Source: Zootoca vivipara (Eukaryota). From it: a stretch of DNA of 64,000 nucleotides. Positions 1 to 13,558 of the stretch are shown here, in pieces; within the stretch, counting starts at the first letter, position 1, and each line of letters starts with the position of its first letter. Location of the stretch: NCBI RefSeq assembly GCF_963506605.1, contig NC_083281.1:24614001-24678000 (forward strand), given 5' to 3'. The notes beneath the pieces were generated by a model. The model worked only from the letters and a program-made list of their open reading frames with translations, made no database searches and was not told the DNA's origin. A program made the translations under genes and the position numbers.

Positions 1-477
1 CGATAATGAGTTAAACCAAGTTAATGGCATTTTAGCTTCCTTCACGTGAACAGGAGTTCACTTTTTGAATAATAAGAATTATATGTCATGGGGTGGGGGG
101 GGGGGACATCGGGATTTTAGAGGTGCTTAGGTGGGGCATGGCCAAAAAAAGGTTGGGAACCACTGCCCTAAACCAATACAAAATTCAGCGAAGTTAGGAA
201 CCCCTGGAACCGCCCCGCTGCCTCCACGAGGCGGAGGGCTGAATGATGTGCAAGGGCTCTGGGAGCTTTCCAGGGCTCTCCTGTGACCTTCTCAGAACTT
301 GGTAAGCAAGGAAAACCTACTGGGTGTGCAGTGGGTGGTGACAGGAATAAACAAATGAGGAACACAGAATAGCGGGTTCCCCTGCTCTTCATATATTATT
401 CCCCTCCCCCTGCCCCCACTCCCAGCTTGCGTAAGGTTGCGGTAGCATAAGTAAAAAGATCCTAAGCCGCAGGCCCC

Positions 478-527
<50 letters not shown>

Positions 528-1520
528 TTATATTATTTACACCCCGCCCTTCCCAGTCAAGATCGGGCTCAGGGCGGCTAACAACAAAAATATCAAAACA
601 AGCATAAAAGAAACAATTCAATTAAAATACAGATTAAATACAATGTTAAAATTCAATTTTAAAATGGGAATCTAAAGTGGACCCTCATTTAAACATCTGT
701 AGGATTAAACCTTAGGGGAGGGGAACACCGGGGTCAGACTGAGTCAGTCCGAAGGCCAAGTGGAACAACTCTGTCTTGCAGGCCCTACGAAAACAACTCT
801 GTCTTGCAGGCCCTCCCGCTGGGCCCTAGTCTCCTGAGAGAGAGCGTTCCACCAGGTCGGGGCTAGTACTGAGAAGGCCCTGGTCCTGGTCGAGGCCAGT
901 CTAACCACCTTGTGACTCGGGATCTCCAGTATGTTATTATTTGTGGACCTTAATGTCCTCTGCGGGGCATACCAGGAGAGGCGGTCCCGTTGGTACGAGG
1001 GTCCTAAGCCGCATAAGGCTTTAAAGGTCAAAACCAGCACCTTAAACCTGATTCTGTACTCCACTGGGAGCCAGTGCAGCTGGTAAAGCACTGGAAGAAT
1101 GTGATCCCGCGGCGGGGACCCCGTAAGGAGTCTCGCTGCGGCATTCTGCACCCGCTGGAGTTTCTGGGTCAGTTTCAAGGGCAGCCCCGCGTAGAGCGAG
1201 TTACAATAATCAAGCCTGGAGGTGACCATTGCATGGATCACTGTGGCCAGGTCAGGCTGAGAAAGGTAGGGTACCAACTGCTTAATGCGGCAGAGATGGA
1301 AAAATGCCACCTTGGCTGTGGTTGCAACCTGCGCCTCCATGGAAAGGGAGGCATCCAAGGTTACACCCAAGCTCTCGACAGAAGGGGCTGACACTAATTG
1401 AGCCCCAGCAAAAGATGAAAGTTGCCCCCCCCCGCCCCATGTCATCCTGACCTAACCAGAGGACCTCTGTCTTCGAAGGATTTAGCTTCAGCCAACTCCC
1501 ATGTAGCCATCCAGCCATAT
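478..1520 (-). mobile_element. 5'-truncated L2-type LINE fragment (end of RT, 3' UTR, (TAA)n tail)
   Basis: ORF 744-1445 has L2 C-terminal motifs (SRLDYCNSLY.GLP, LHWLPV..RI.FK); (TAA)n tail at ~478-527. Confidence 0.85.
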
Positions 1521-1935
1521 GCAGGTGTGAGAGCCAGTCAGTCTTTCTTTCGTTTTCAAGCTATGCAAGTCACTAGGTAACTGTTTTTCGAAGCTATTCA
1601 CGCAGCCAGGGATCTGGCTGAGGGCTTGTAACCGCTATGCTTATTGAAATGCTTCGGTAAAGTGTATTTGCTCATGGAGTGAGCTGTTCGTGTGATTCAT
1701 TTGCTGCCGACACACTGCTGGGGTTACTCTGCTGAGCTCTTTACGTGCCCTGGAGTCTGAGGGACTAGGCATGCATACCAGGAAAGTCCTGAGGGTGTCA
1801 GAACCCTAATCCTGACAAATTAATAAGAGCTTAAAGTATAATCTATGGGTCAAGATTTCATTGATTAATTTTTAGCCATTTATCTGTTAGAAACCGAGAC
1901 CGCATGGCACGACCACCTCATGCAGACAGACAGAA

Positions 1936-1983
<48 letters not shown>

Positions 1984-2474
1984 TATTACTTATACCCAGC
2001 CCATCCGGCTGGGTTTTCCCAGCCACTCTGGGCGGCTTCCAACAAAGACTAAAATACATTAAAATGTCACACAGACATGTCAGAAAAAGGAGACAAGTTA
2101 AACCAAAACAGAAACCTACGTATTGGAGGGGCTGGATTGCAGGCATACTCCTCGCAACAGGTGGCAACCTGCCTTATGTGGCTCCCGTTGCCATCAGTCA
2201 TAGTGATCACACCAAAAAGGCAGATTTCAGGGTTTGCACATCCCTTTGCCATGAATACATCCTTAACTACACAAAAAAAGAAGAAAAGAGAGGATACATT
2301 TAGAAGGTGAGAGGTGTTACCTGCTCACTCGTAGTTTGCTATGTACTCAGGCATTCATGGAGGGAAGGGACTATGTCACAACTATTTATTTACAGCAATA
2401 CGATGACAGAATTATTATTATTTTTTTAAAAAAACCAAGTAAACCAGCCTCAAGTGAAAAGGATCAGTCTAAAT

Positions 2475-2610
2475 CAGGCATCCCCAAACTTTGCCCTCCA
2501 GCTGCTTTGGGACTACAATTCCCATCATCCCTGACCACTTGTCCTATTAGCTAGGGATGATGGGATTTGTAGTCCCAAAACAGCTGGAGGGCCGAGTTTG
2601 GGGATGCCTG
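2475..2610. mobile_element. hAT-type MITE
   Basis: TIR CAGGCATCCCCAAACT / AGTTTGGGGATGCCTG; 8-bp TSD GTCTAAAT at 2467-2474 and 2611-2618. Confidence 0.9.
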
Positions 2611-5600
2611 GTCTAAATTAAATGAAAGAAATGGGTCCCACAAAACAAAATTTCCTAACTGTCAAAGGCCAAGGTAAACAGGTGGGTCTTCTTCAGCATA
2701 TGGGGAAAGCTGTAGAAAGAAAGTGTCAAGTGCACCTTTGTGGGGAGGGAGTTCCACATGTTAGGACAGAGCTTTCCAAACTGTGTGTTGCGACACGCTG
2801 GTGTGTCAGCTGCAGTGTGTAGGTGTGTCATGCGAACTGTCCCTGCTCTCCTCCCGGGGCTGGAAAGGGGTTAGTTTAACCTCTGGTTTGCTAGTAAAAC
2901 TGAATTACTGGGTCGCGAAATGATGCACGTTTAAAAAGTGTTATGGATAGTGGAACTGCCAAGGAGGCACCTCTGCTAATTTTAACAACCCGTATCTGAA
3001 GAAGTGTGCATGCACACGAAAGCTCATACCAAAATAAAAACTTAGTTGGTCTTTAAGGTGCTACTGAAGGAATTTTTTTATTTTACCCGTAAGGAACTGC
3101 AGGAATAGAGGCAGACTTTCAGATATCATGGGCCTAAGTTGTTCAAACACCAATATTTTGAACACCTTGACTTGGGCCTAGAAGCAAGATGATAACCAGT
3201 GCAGTTGTTTTTAAAACAAGGATGATAAGAGCTCTAAATTGAACCCAGTCCTGTAACGTAGCCATTGCATTTTGAATCCGTTGAAGTTTCTGAATCATCT
3301 TCAAGGGCCGCCTCACATAGACAGCTTTGTAGCAGTCCAATACTAAGACACACAGGAGGTTTAATCTAGGCCTTAAGCATAATCGACCCCCCCAAAGTAT
3401 AGCTTTGATTCCCAGGAACCTACCAGCTCTCTCCGTGGGGCTATTTTTAGTAGCAGAGACCAAGTTCTGCACAGAGGGCCTCAGATGTGTTCTCTGGTTA
3501 AAAGATGTAACTCCCCCCCGGGGGGGGGGGCAAAAAGAACAGGTCTCTGCTGGAGACCTGGGATAAATTCAGAGTGGACGGTACTGGGCAAAATAGAGAA
3601 TTGATCTCACTCGTTATTAGGTGGCACCACTCATTCACATATTTTGCACAAAATGTGGCCTATTCACTGTATGGCCTGGTTGACTTATGATCCCTCTCAT
3701 CCACCTTTACTGTTTTCAAGCAGAGAGCTGGAACAGGCTTCTAAATCTTCAGGACAAATCTCCCTCTTGCCTGTGCAGGTGCTGACTCCCTTGCAAACCT
3801 CACACTCTATGGAGGCACCTGAAGGAGGGAACAGAAGGGCTTTCATGTAGTGTATGGCATGCACAGGGTGTCAAGTCCAAATGAATTGCTAATGCAGTGC
3901 TCTAAAATAAAACCACCTGTGTTTTAACTAACAGGATTTTGTGGCTGCCAACAGGGCCACATGTACCCCATACTAAAAAGAAAATAAATAACTTGTATAT
4001 TCAAGCAACCCAATCTCTGACCAGTGTAAAGTATGAGTTAAACAAATGAACACGCCTTCTTTTAGTTTTCAGTCATTTATTTTGTAAGGTCTTTGCAAGG
4101 TAATGAACTCTTCAGAGCCCTTTAATGTCACTCCCACCCATTGGAAAGACCATTATGGCCTTCAGATTTCAAAAGATATTGCCCAAATATGCCCAAGTGT
4201 ATCTCTGATACACAAGTGCTAGTAATCTATATTAGGGCTGGGCTACGTTTGGTTTTTAACATCGTGATCTAGCTAAACATCGTGATATACCAATATATCA
4301 TGATGTCTGAAATAAGGATGGAGCTATGTAGAGGCACTGGCTGGCTTCATGGTTTTACTGTGATTTTTGCTGGCGTCCGCTCTTGTGATTTGTTGCCCAC
4401 TGCAGGAGACATGGGAGAGCTGAACCAGCGGAGTTAACAGGGGCTGCAGGAATCGAGATGGATGGCCATCTGTCATGGATGCTTGAGCTGAGATTCCTGC
4501 ATTGCAGGGGGTTGGACTAGATGACCCTGGGTCCCTTCCAGCGCTGTGATTCTATGATTTGCGATATATTGCCAGGTCAAAAATTATGAATACATATAAA
4601 TTAACATACACAAATGTTATGCAAAGAGTATTCCCTTGTTGTAATTGTTCTTTGATCATGCATTTTCTCACTTTATGAACCATGTGAAAGCAGTTCCCCC
4701 TACTTGGATCTGAACGGCTGCATTGGTCCAAATGTAATAATTCTCCTTTTCCGCAAAGCCAAAACAAACATACAGTTCAAGGCAATAGCGGTTGGCTGTG
4801 GAGACAGGGCCTGTGTTTTTCTTCCTCCTTCCCAATGCCGTTGTTCTCAATGTTGCTGCTCGTTCCTGGGTGGCGGGGAGTCAGCACGCTGCCAGCGCGG
4901 CAGCAAAGCCAATCTGATATTCCCAATATTGCACTTGTGCCATGGCAACCTCCCCACTGCTTTGCCTCTCTCCCTCTTGGTAACCAGCAGCAAATCGTGG
5001 CACTAGTAAGCCAGGAGTGCAATCCAGCCCCACCCTGCCCTGCTGGCCCCTGCTGGTTCCAGGGCATGTGCAGAGTTCCAGATGTCCTGAACTACTCATT
5101 GGCACCTTCCACCCATCCCATAGTGAGCTTACCTGTAGTTAGAAGAACAAAGAAGAGGAAAAGTCCCAAGAGAAACTTCATGTTGGTGGGAAGCACACGG
5201 TGTGAAGCCTTGGAGAAAGAAAGCAAATTTTGTGGCTTGAAGGACCTGCAGGATACTCAAAGCAGTGGCGTAAACAAACAAACAAACACCAAAAGAGTAA
5301 AAGTAAATAAACCCACAGGGAATTTGCTGTGATCAGCTGCAAAGAGGAGTTTCAGTTAAAAGTGGTCCAATCTATGGAAGAAAAGCCATATTGACAATCT
5401 GGTCAGCAGCAGAACCCAAAATAACTGTTGTATAGTCATGGTTTGATCAACAACGCCCTCCCCTTTCTAGGGTTAGAAAATAAATTGCAACAAAAACACA
5501 AAGCTAGCCTGAACTGAGGAGAGCGACCATAACATGCATTATGAATGTATGTTTGGCCATCCCAAAATTTGCAGTTAGGCAAATGACCGTTGGGTGTGTG

Positions 5601-6334
5601 GCCACCACCTTCCTGGTCCAAGCGGTGATGGCTCTTCCCTTGACCAACTACCACCATAGGGCCTTCTGAGGAAGAACCACTGTTTATTTTATTTATGTAT
5701 GTATTTAATACGTGCCCTGGCGGGAGTTGCAAGAGGGATGCCTCCTTCAAAACTGGCTTTCCGTTCCCTTCTCTAAAACATGTACCCTGCACAAAATCCC
5801 TCTGCAACCTCCGGCCGGTTAGCAAAATGATTTGGCCTCCGGCATGCGACACTCGCGGAGCGGAGGTGGGCCTGGCCTTTCCAAGGGCTTTCTGAGACCC
5901 AGTTCAGATGAAGGAGGTGTAATCCTGCCCTGCTCCTGAATACGTCTACCTTTCCCAGCTCACACGCCTCAGACCCTTCTTGCTGGGGCCATTGCCCTGG
6001 CTGCCAGCTTCCTCCTCCTTTTGTTCCCATGTAAACATGCCTGGGGCCTAAGAAGCCTTTAAGCAGGGCCTCCTTGCTGTGTGGGCTGGAGAGGGGCAGG
6101 GACGACAGCAAGCAGGCGGAGCGGAAGGAGCAGGAAGAGGCCTGACTTCCAGGCTTCATCCGCTTATACCCAGAAATGGGGCAGCAACCTAGTGACCTCA
6201 AAGCTCACCTTGGGGCTGGTACTTATGGGCCTGCAGCCCCCACCCCACCCCTTTTCCTCACAAACGAGGAAGGAGTCGAGCGGCCCACTTTTCACCTCTC
6301 ACTTTTGCATTCAGCAGGGTTTTCAGAACAACAA

Positions 6335-7340
6335 CAATTATAATTATAATAATTTATTATTTATACCCCGCCCATCTGGCTGGGTTTCCCCAGCCACTCG
6401 GGGCAGCTTTCCAACAGAAAAATGAAATAAAATAATCTATTAAACATTAAAAGCCTCCCTAAACAAGGCTGCCTTCAGATGACTTCTAAAAATCTGGTAG
6501 TTGTTTTTCTCTTTGACATCTGATGGGAGGGCGTTCCACAGGGCGGGTGCCACCACCGAGAAGGCCCTCTGCCCGGTTCCCTGCAACTTGGCTTCTCGCA
6601 ACGAGGGAACCGCCTGAAGGCCTTTGGTAGTGGACCTCAGTGTCCGGGCAGAACGATGGAGGTGGAGACGTTCCTTCAGGTATACTGGACCGAGGCCATT
6701 TAGGGCTTTAAAGGTCAGCACCAACACTTTGAATTGTGCTCGGAAACGTACTGGGAGCCAATGTAGATCTTTCAAGACCGGTGTTATGTGGTCTCGGCAG
6801 CCGCTCAGAGTCACCAATTAGAGCGCATTGCAGTAGTCCAAGCGAGAGATAACTAGATCATGCACCACTCTGGCGAGACAGTCTGCAGACAGGTAGGGTC
6901 TCAGCATGCGTGCCAGGTGGAGCTGATAGACAGCTGCCCTGGACACAGAATTGACCTGTGCCTCCATGGACAGCTGTGAGTCCAGAATGACTCCCAGGCT
7001 GCGCACCTGGTCCTTCAGGGGCACAGTTACCCCATTCAGGACCACGGAGTCCTCCACACCACACCACCCTGCCCCCTGTCCCCCACAAACAGTACTTCTG
7101 TCTTGTCAGGATTCAACCTCAATCTGTTAGCCGCCATCCATCCTCCAACCGCCTCCAGGCACTCACACAGGACCTTCACTGTCTTCACTGGTTCTGATTT
7201 GAAAGAGAGGTAGAGCTGGGTATCATCCGCATACTGATGAACACCCAGCCCAAACCCCCTGATGATCTCTCCCAGCGGCTGCATGTAGATGTTAAAAAGC
7301 ATGGGGGAGAGGACAGAGCCCTGAGGCACCCCACAAGCGA
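6335..7340 (-). mobile_element. Degenerate L2-type LINE fragment
   Basis: Broken ORFs with RT motifs [38 protein letters not shown]; AAT-rich tail. Confidence 0.85.
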
Positions 7341-10296
7341 GTTGCCGTAACCAACTTCCAATTCTCTGTATTAGCTTCTGGGGCGGATGGTTACGTATCG
7401 ACCCCAAATTAAATAGAGGGAACCCATCTGCACGAAATTTGCCCGTGACGATTTGCAGTTATGGAAAGAGCTGCTATCAATGAAATGCAAATGACGGCAG
7501 GGGAAGCTCTGGGGGAGTTCAGTTCCTTCTCAATTCCTGCTGAGAAGGTGCTGCTAATGGTTGACCAAATCCAAAGCTCCTTTTTCTTTCTTTTCTTTTT
7601 CGTGGTTTCTTATCTTTCAATGAGAGTTGGCCGGGGGGGGGGGGGGCTGAGGGGACAGCTCTCTAATAGAGGACGCTTTGAAACACAGGACTGTCCTCTG
7701 GTGCCGAATAGAGAACTGTCCTCTGTAATGTAAGACATAGTAGGGCTTTTAACAATGTAAGACATAGTAGGGCAAGGTTGCTCCTAGTCTAATATAGATG
7801 AAGGAAGCGGGGTTGGTGGATGAAGCTTTCTTGAGAAAACAATACATGCTTCATTTCCTCTTATCTGAATGCAACAACACACCCCCACTTAAAAAATTAG
7901 GAGCAAGATTTTGTTGGATATGTCTGTGCATCAGGGGACAACTCAGCTATACAGCTGCAAACAAAATGTTTTAAGTGTGTTGCAAAGTACATCATACAAA
8001 TGTGACGCTAGATGGTGACAGTGAGCAATGGCAAATACAATGTGTTTTTCAAAACTTTTTTTAAAGAGCATTTTCATGGCGTTTTTTAAAATATGTGTGT
8101 GGACTCCACCAGGATGTGTCATAGTGCTTTCATTCTTCAGAATATCTATTGGATATCTTGGATATCTATGTTTCTGTGGCAACCACCACAGGATCCCCCC
8201 TCCCCATCAGAAAAAAAATGCCCTAGAATAGGGATGGGTGAATCTGCTGGTTTCGGATTTTTTTCTGTTTCTCGTTTTTCCATTTTTACGTCCTCTAGGA
8301 TTCCACATCAGTTTTGCAGCACAAGCAAGCCTCCTTTTATTCATATAGCCATGATGGCACTGTGATTTAAGTGAGACTCCTGTCTACATGGATTTTTATA
8401 CTTATCAATGGTAGACACACACACACTTCAAATGGGTGTAGATTTTTTCCCATCACAGTTTTTGGAAGCATGCCTGCCAAGTGCTATATAAATCACACTT
8501 ATCAAAGGACCACATTCTTAGGCCATCTTTCCCACAAGCAGTTCAGGGCTCCCTTGAAATGCTACCAAACGTTGGATTGAGTCAAATAATGTATTTCAAT
8601 TTGAGCAGCAGATCAGTATATTCAGGCAAAGAGTGACTCTAATTTATTTTCCACTTTCAGTTAGCAAAAATGTATAGAACAAGTACAAATACCTGCTGGA
8701 AATGTAAAGAAAAAGAAGGCACCTTTTATCTCATGTGGTGGTCATGTAAGGTAATAAAAGCTTCAATCGATTTCAGGATGAGAACAGAAATCATGCTCCG
8801 GCGGTGTGGCAGCGGCAGGAGGCCCCATTAGCTAAAGTGGTGCTTCAGGTTAAGAACAGTTTCAGGTTAAAAACGGACCTCCGGAACGAATTAAGTTCTT
8901 AACCAGAGGTACCACTGTATGCATTTTCTCTTCTTCACCGATTAGTATTTATTGGTGTTTTATGGATGTTTCTATGGATGCTTTTTGCAGATTTTATTCT
9001 TATATGATGTATACCACCCTGACATATATATTCTTTATGAAAGTGTAGATTATAAGAAATATTGGTGAAAGAATGGCATAAACTTTCATTGATCTATCCT
9101 CACTAAGCAGAGTTTCTGTTTCAATTAGCAATTCATCCACAATTTGACCCATGCATTAGTGCACTGACTTGTTTGGTGATTTAAACTTTAATAATGCACT
9201 GTGTTGCCTTTTTAAAAAGCATCACTGAAACTGGAGATGTAAGGAACAGAACCTGGGATGTTCTTCATTTAATGCTTGCAAAGATACTTGATGGAACCTG
9301 CATTTTAAACATGGATGGTGTATTTGAGCCCAGCTTCAGTTGTTAACAGGCTGAGTATTATGATCCACAAACAATAGATTGGCACAGCAATGTATTTAAG
9401 ACTAAATGTTCCATTGCTGATAATTCATGGCTGCTTGCTTCCTCCCTCCCAGATCTCTGGCCATGATGTTTGAGGCTGATAGGAGGTGTAATCTAACATC
9501 TGGAGGGTCCTTAGTTTCAGGTTTGGCTGGAAAGATGAAGGAGCAGTTCTCGAAACAAGGGAAATTTCATTCAGTATGCAAGTTTATTACTACATGTAAT
9601 ACATAGCACACACATAAATACTCCTAGCTCACTAAACCTCATCTAGTCCTGTACAGAATACAAACTACTGCTTTTCCACCAAATACTGAAGTTTCTGTTG
9701 CAAGGGCAATTTACAGAAGGAATTGGTGGCATAACCAGAGCAAATAGAGTGTTGGCCTCCCACTGGACTGTGGTTCTTCTTAATCCAGTCCAAAATCTGG
9801 GCTTTGTTTTGGTGTGATCAAACATCAGAGAGTCCCCAGCCTTGTTTTGAAGAAGTGGACAGCTTTCCAACCTGGGTGTTGGCCCCCATTCAGCACATTC
9901 TGTTCCAAGATGAGTGCCTGCCAATATGGACCCACTCAGAGCTCTGTGTGATGCAACACTCTATCACGCATCTATGAAAATAGTAATGTAAGGCAGGTTA
10001 GGGCCCCTGCAGACTGGCGTTTTATTGTGGGTAAGCTCTGCAACTTATCATAGACACAATAATAGTGTATTGGTGCATAAGTGGTGCATTTGTTCTGCTT
10101 TATGAGGTGTTACGTCATATTTTCCCAATGCTATTGCATCACCCAGAAGGGCTGGAGCACAAGAAAAGTGGAACAAAAACAAAGCAAACACCCCGAACAT
10201 TTGTGGCTTGGAAGGTTATGGGATTTCAACAGGAAGTTACAGGAAGGGCACTGATTGGAAATGAAGTAGTGTGGCAGCCCCAAAACATATAGAAAC

Positions 10297-10397
10297 AGTA
10301 TAGTGTAGTGTAGTGTAGTGTAGTGTAGTGTAGTGTAGTGTAGTGTAGTGTAGTGTATGGTATGGTCTAGTCTAGTCTAGTCTAGTCTAGTCTAGTC
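10297..10397. repeat. Compound pentanucleotide microsatellite (GTGTA)n-(GTCTA)n
   Basis: Seen directly. Confidence 0.9.
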
Positions 10398-10626
10398 CCA
10401 AGAATATCATGAGCACAAATCAACTGATAAAAAGGACATTCAAGGGTCCCTTTATTCTTAGAGGCTAATGCAGAATCTCCTTAATATGTGACCTTAAAGT
10501 TGCTCTGTTCTTTAGATATCTTGATTACCTAAATTCGGGACCCTGATTTTTCAAGTGTTCATGGCACTCACAGCTGAGAACTCTCCATGAACTCTGTCAG
10601 CACACAGCTCTGCTCAAACGGGTGAT

Positions 10627-10644
10627 TTCTGAGAAAGCAAAACC
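10627..10644. promoter_or_regulatory. GAS plus degenerate ISRE (copy 1 of duplicated enhancer-like module)
   Basis: TTCTGAGAA overlapping GAAAGCAAAACC; flanks homologous to 21262-21410. Confidence 0.45.
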
Positions 10645-10848
10645 TAAACTGGGTGGTTCTACTTCCTCTTTCATGCAAACTATTTGGAGGACAAAAACAA
10701 ACAGAAATCTCTCCAGCCAGACTAACAGAAGCTAAGCACGCACAGGAAGCCTTCCCCAGCAGTCAAGAGACATAGCACTCACAGCCAAGTGTTCCCCATG
10801 AACTCTGCCGCTTCTATTGTTTTCTTTATCTCGTTTCATGTATCTATC

Positions 10849-11448
10849 CAGGGGCGTCTTTCCCGTTGGGCTGAGTGGTGCAATGTGGCACGGCACCCGC
10901 CCAGCAGGGGCGCATTGAAGGGTGCATCGAGGAGGTACACGGAGCCACCCACAGGTCCGCCTCGCCCGCTTTGCTCCTTTCCCGGCGGCAGTGCCTGAAA
11001 CGAGGTGGCGGAGGTGGCACCCAGCACTCCTTTGGGAAGTAGCCGGCCGGCCGGCCGCCACTCCATGCCAGGAGCGCCTCCAGCTCCAGCCACAGACCCC
11101 AGCGTGGCGGCGCCATCGCCTCGCTCACTTGCCCGCCTGCATGGAGCACCAAGTGCTGCCTTCCCGGCAGGAAGCAGCCACCCCTCCGTCCCTGAAGGCA
11201 CAAACGCCAGGCCGGCCGGGGCGGGGGGCGGGCTGTGCGCCTTGCTCCTTTCAGGAGGACCTGTCCAGGCTGCGCGCTCCCACCTGCGAGCCACGCAGCA
11301 GGCGGGTGAGCGAGTCGGGGCTGCTGGGTGGGCCGTGAAGGCATCCTCTGGCCGCAGAGGCACAGAGCGTGGGGGGGACCCCCGTGGGGGTGGGGGGTGC
11401 CCGAGGGATCCCTGCACCACGGTGCCACATAAGCTTAAGACGGCCCTG
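10849..11448. mobile_element. Non-autonomous GC-rich hAT element
   Basis: Ends CAGGGGCGTCTT / AAGACGGCCCTG; imperfect 8-bp TSD TATCTATC / TATGAATC; same terminal family as 13934-14856 and 17117-17426. Confidence 0.7.
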
Positions 11449-11647
11449 TATGAATCACTTCCATGAAATACCCAAAGCAATTTAACAAAAGAAACAGTAA
11501 AAGCATATAAACAATTTCACTTGGAAAACCATTTCCTCCCTCTGCCCAACCCTCCCCCCCCAAAAAAAACATTGATTTTGTAGGTTCCATGTTAATAGCA
11601 GATCTCTAAACACTAGCAGGTAGGGGTTGGGTCTTTACTTGGGACTT

Positions 11648-12712
11648 TCAGTGCTCAGAGGCTTTTGCAAAAACATTCTCCGCATCTTCCTCGACATCTT
11701 GCAGAAAGCATTGCAGCATGAAGTAGATGGTTCTGAAAGAATCAGCTCCACTAACTAAATTGCCCAACACAGGTATGAACTCAACAATCTGTTCTAGCAC
11801 TGTCTGTGCTTTCCACACCTCTGACCTGGCCAAGAGATCAAGTACAAATTCTTCGCTGATCTCATTAGCCAGTGGAGACTTCTTAATAACTGATTTCAGC
11901 TCACTTAGAGGTTTACCAACCCGGTTTGCAAGCCTCCTCAGGGACTCTTCATCCAACCCAAAAGCCATGCAGAGCTTTTTGAGTGTTGTCAACAAGAAGG
12001 AAACATGGAAAGATAATAGGAGAGTTAACCGATTCACAGAGCCAAAATACAAAGCCACAAGGGCCTGCTTCCAAATAAGGTTCCTCATCTCAATTTTCTT
12101 CTTCTTCAGGATATCTCTTGAGAATGTTGGCATTGAGAGAAGGAAGGCGTGTCTTTTGAGATGATCTAGTTCATTCTGCAAGGTTTCTTGCAGAATGGGG
12201 AAATCATACATGCTCAAATCCCAATTTGATATCAGAAAAACCTTTGGAGAAGCCTCTCCCAGTTTTCTCAGTTTATCGCAACAGTCTTGCCTTAAGTCCT
12301 TAAGTGTCTCCATTTCATTGAAGGTGGGTCTCCTTCTTTCAGCAGCCATGCTAAGATTAATTTTAGGGTGCACATAGTAAAACTTCTTTTTCATTTTCTG
12401 AATCTCACGTGCCAGCTGGGTGTCACTCTCTGTAAAGCGTTCTGAAGCAATGATAAAGAAATCGTATTTGCTAAAATCTACCTTCTCCAGATATTCATCT
12501 GCTCTGAATTCATCTGTTCCAATTCCTGGTAGATCCCATAGTGTCACCTTGGGAAACTTCGGGTGCTGATATTTTTTCGCAATCATGGTTGTCTGTTTCA
12601 GCCCTACCCTAGCTGAGCCCTCTTCAAAATCTGTCATACCCCGCAAGGCATTGACAAGAGAAGACTTGCCAGCACCTGTACGCCCTGTGATGGCAATGTC
12701 AAGTGTGGCATT
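11648..12712 (-). CDS. IRG (IRGC-like) G-domain plus C-terminal helical domain; 3' part of the terminal exon of the tandem IRG gene
   Basis: G1 GRTGAGKS, G3 WDLPG, YDFFII, altered G4 HPKIN, FLISNW, LKRHAFLLS, FGLDEESL; reads in frame with 13559-13694 once the hAT and one TSD are removed. Confidence 0.85.
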   Translation of the reverse strand, partial: NATLDIAITGRTGAGKSSLVNALRGMTDFEEGSARVGLKQTTMIAKKYQHPKFPKVTLWDLPGIGTDEFRADEYLEKVDFSKYDFFIIASERFTESDTQLAREIQKMKKKFYYVHPKINLSMAAERRRPTFNEMETLKDLRQDCCDKLRKLGEASPKVFLISNWDLSMYDFPILQETLQNELDHLKRHAFLLSMPTFSRDILKKKKIEMRNLIWKQALVALYFGSVNRLTLLLSFHVSFLLTTLKKLCMAFGLDEESLRRLANRVGKPLSELKSVIKKSPLANEISEEFVLDLLARSEVWKAQTVLEQIVEFIPVLGNLVSGADSFRTIYFMLQCFLQDVEEDAENVFAKASEH

Positions 12713-12720
12713 GCCTAGCA

Positions 12721-13558
12721 CAGGGGTCTGCAACCTTTAAGACAAAAAGAGCCACTTGGACCCGTTTCTGAAGGAAAAAAAATAAACTGGGAGCCGCAAA
12801 ACAGGGACGTAATTAGAAATCAGAGGGCCCCATAGCAAAATTTGCTATGCCCAATAATCAATGCCCCAAAATGCCATAGAAAATTAATCAGGGCCCCAGT
12901 GTACCATAAATCATAATCAGTGCCTGATGTAAATAATAATTAATAATGAGGGCCCAATGTCATCCTCGTCATTATAAAAATAACTTTGAGTTTGGGCTGC
13001 CTTGATTACTGGGAATGGGCAAAACTCTGACTCCCTTATTAGGACACCTGTATGGTTTCATGTGTGTTGCTCCCATCAAGTGAACTTATAAAATTTCCTC
13101 ATATTGAATGAACCCATTGATTAATACATCTACCTCAATCTCCTGACCAGGCCGGCAGGAGGCCACAGGCAGGCCGCAGGCAGGAGCAGCAGCAGCAAAC
13201 AGGCGCTCCGAGCCCGCAAGCCTTTTCTGTTGCTGGGCGGGAAGAAGCGCGCCCGTTTTAAAAAATAAATAACTCCGCCCCCACCCCCATGAGCCTATTG
13301 GCTGCAGAAATGCGGCGGGGAGGGGCTGATGCAGGGAGGGGGCCGACCACGCTCCCCGGGCTGCTAACGTCACCTTGCGTCCTTTTTGCACAGCGGCGGT
13401 GGGCACCGTGCGAGTGTCTGGCGGGCGTGGCGGGCGCCGCCACATGGCTCAGGCAGCGCATGGCTCGGACGCCTCCTCCCCTCGTATCCGCTCCGGAGCC
13501 GCAGCAAAGGTGTAAAAGAGCCACATGCGGCTCCGGAGCCGCAGGTTGCAGACACCTG
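12721..13558. mobile_element. 838-bp non-autonomous hAT (Charlie-like) element inserted in the IRG coding exon
   Basis: TIR CAGGGGTCTGCAACCT / AGGTTGCAGACACCTG; perfect 8-bp TSD GCCTAGCA at 12713-12720 and 13559-13566. Confidence 0.95.

Noticed and set aside
10732-11480. ORFs of 109-214 aa
   Set aside because: Inside a GC-rich hAT element; spurious
12713-12733. ORF-track start of the 361-aa IRG
   Set aside because: A TTG inside the hAT terminal repeat, not a real start codon
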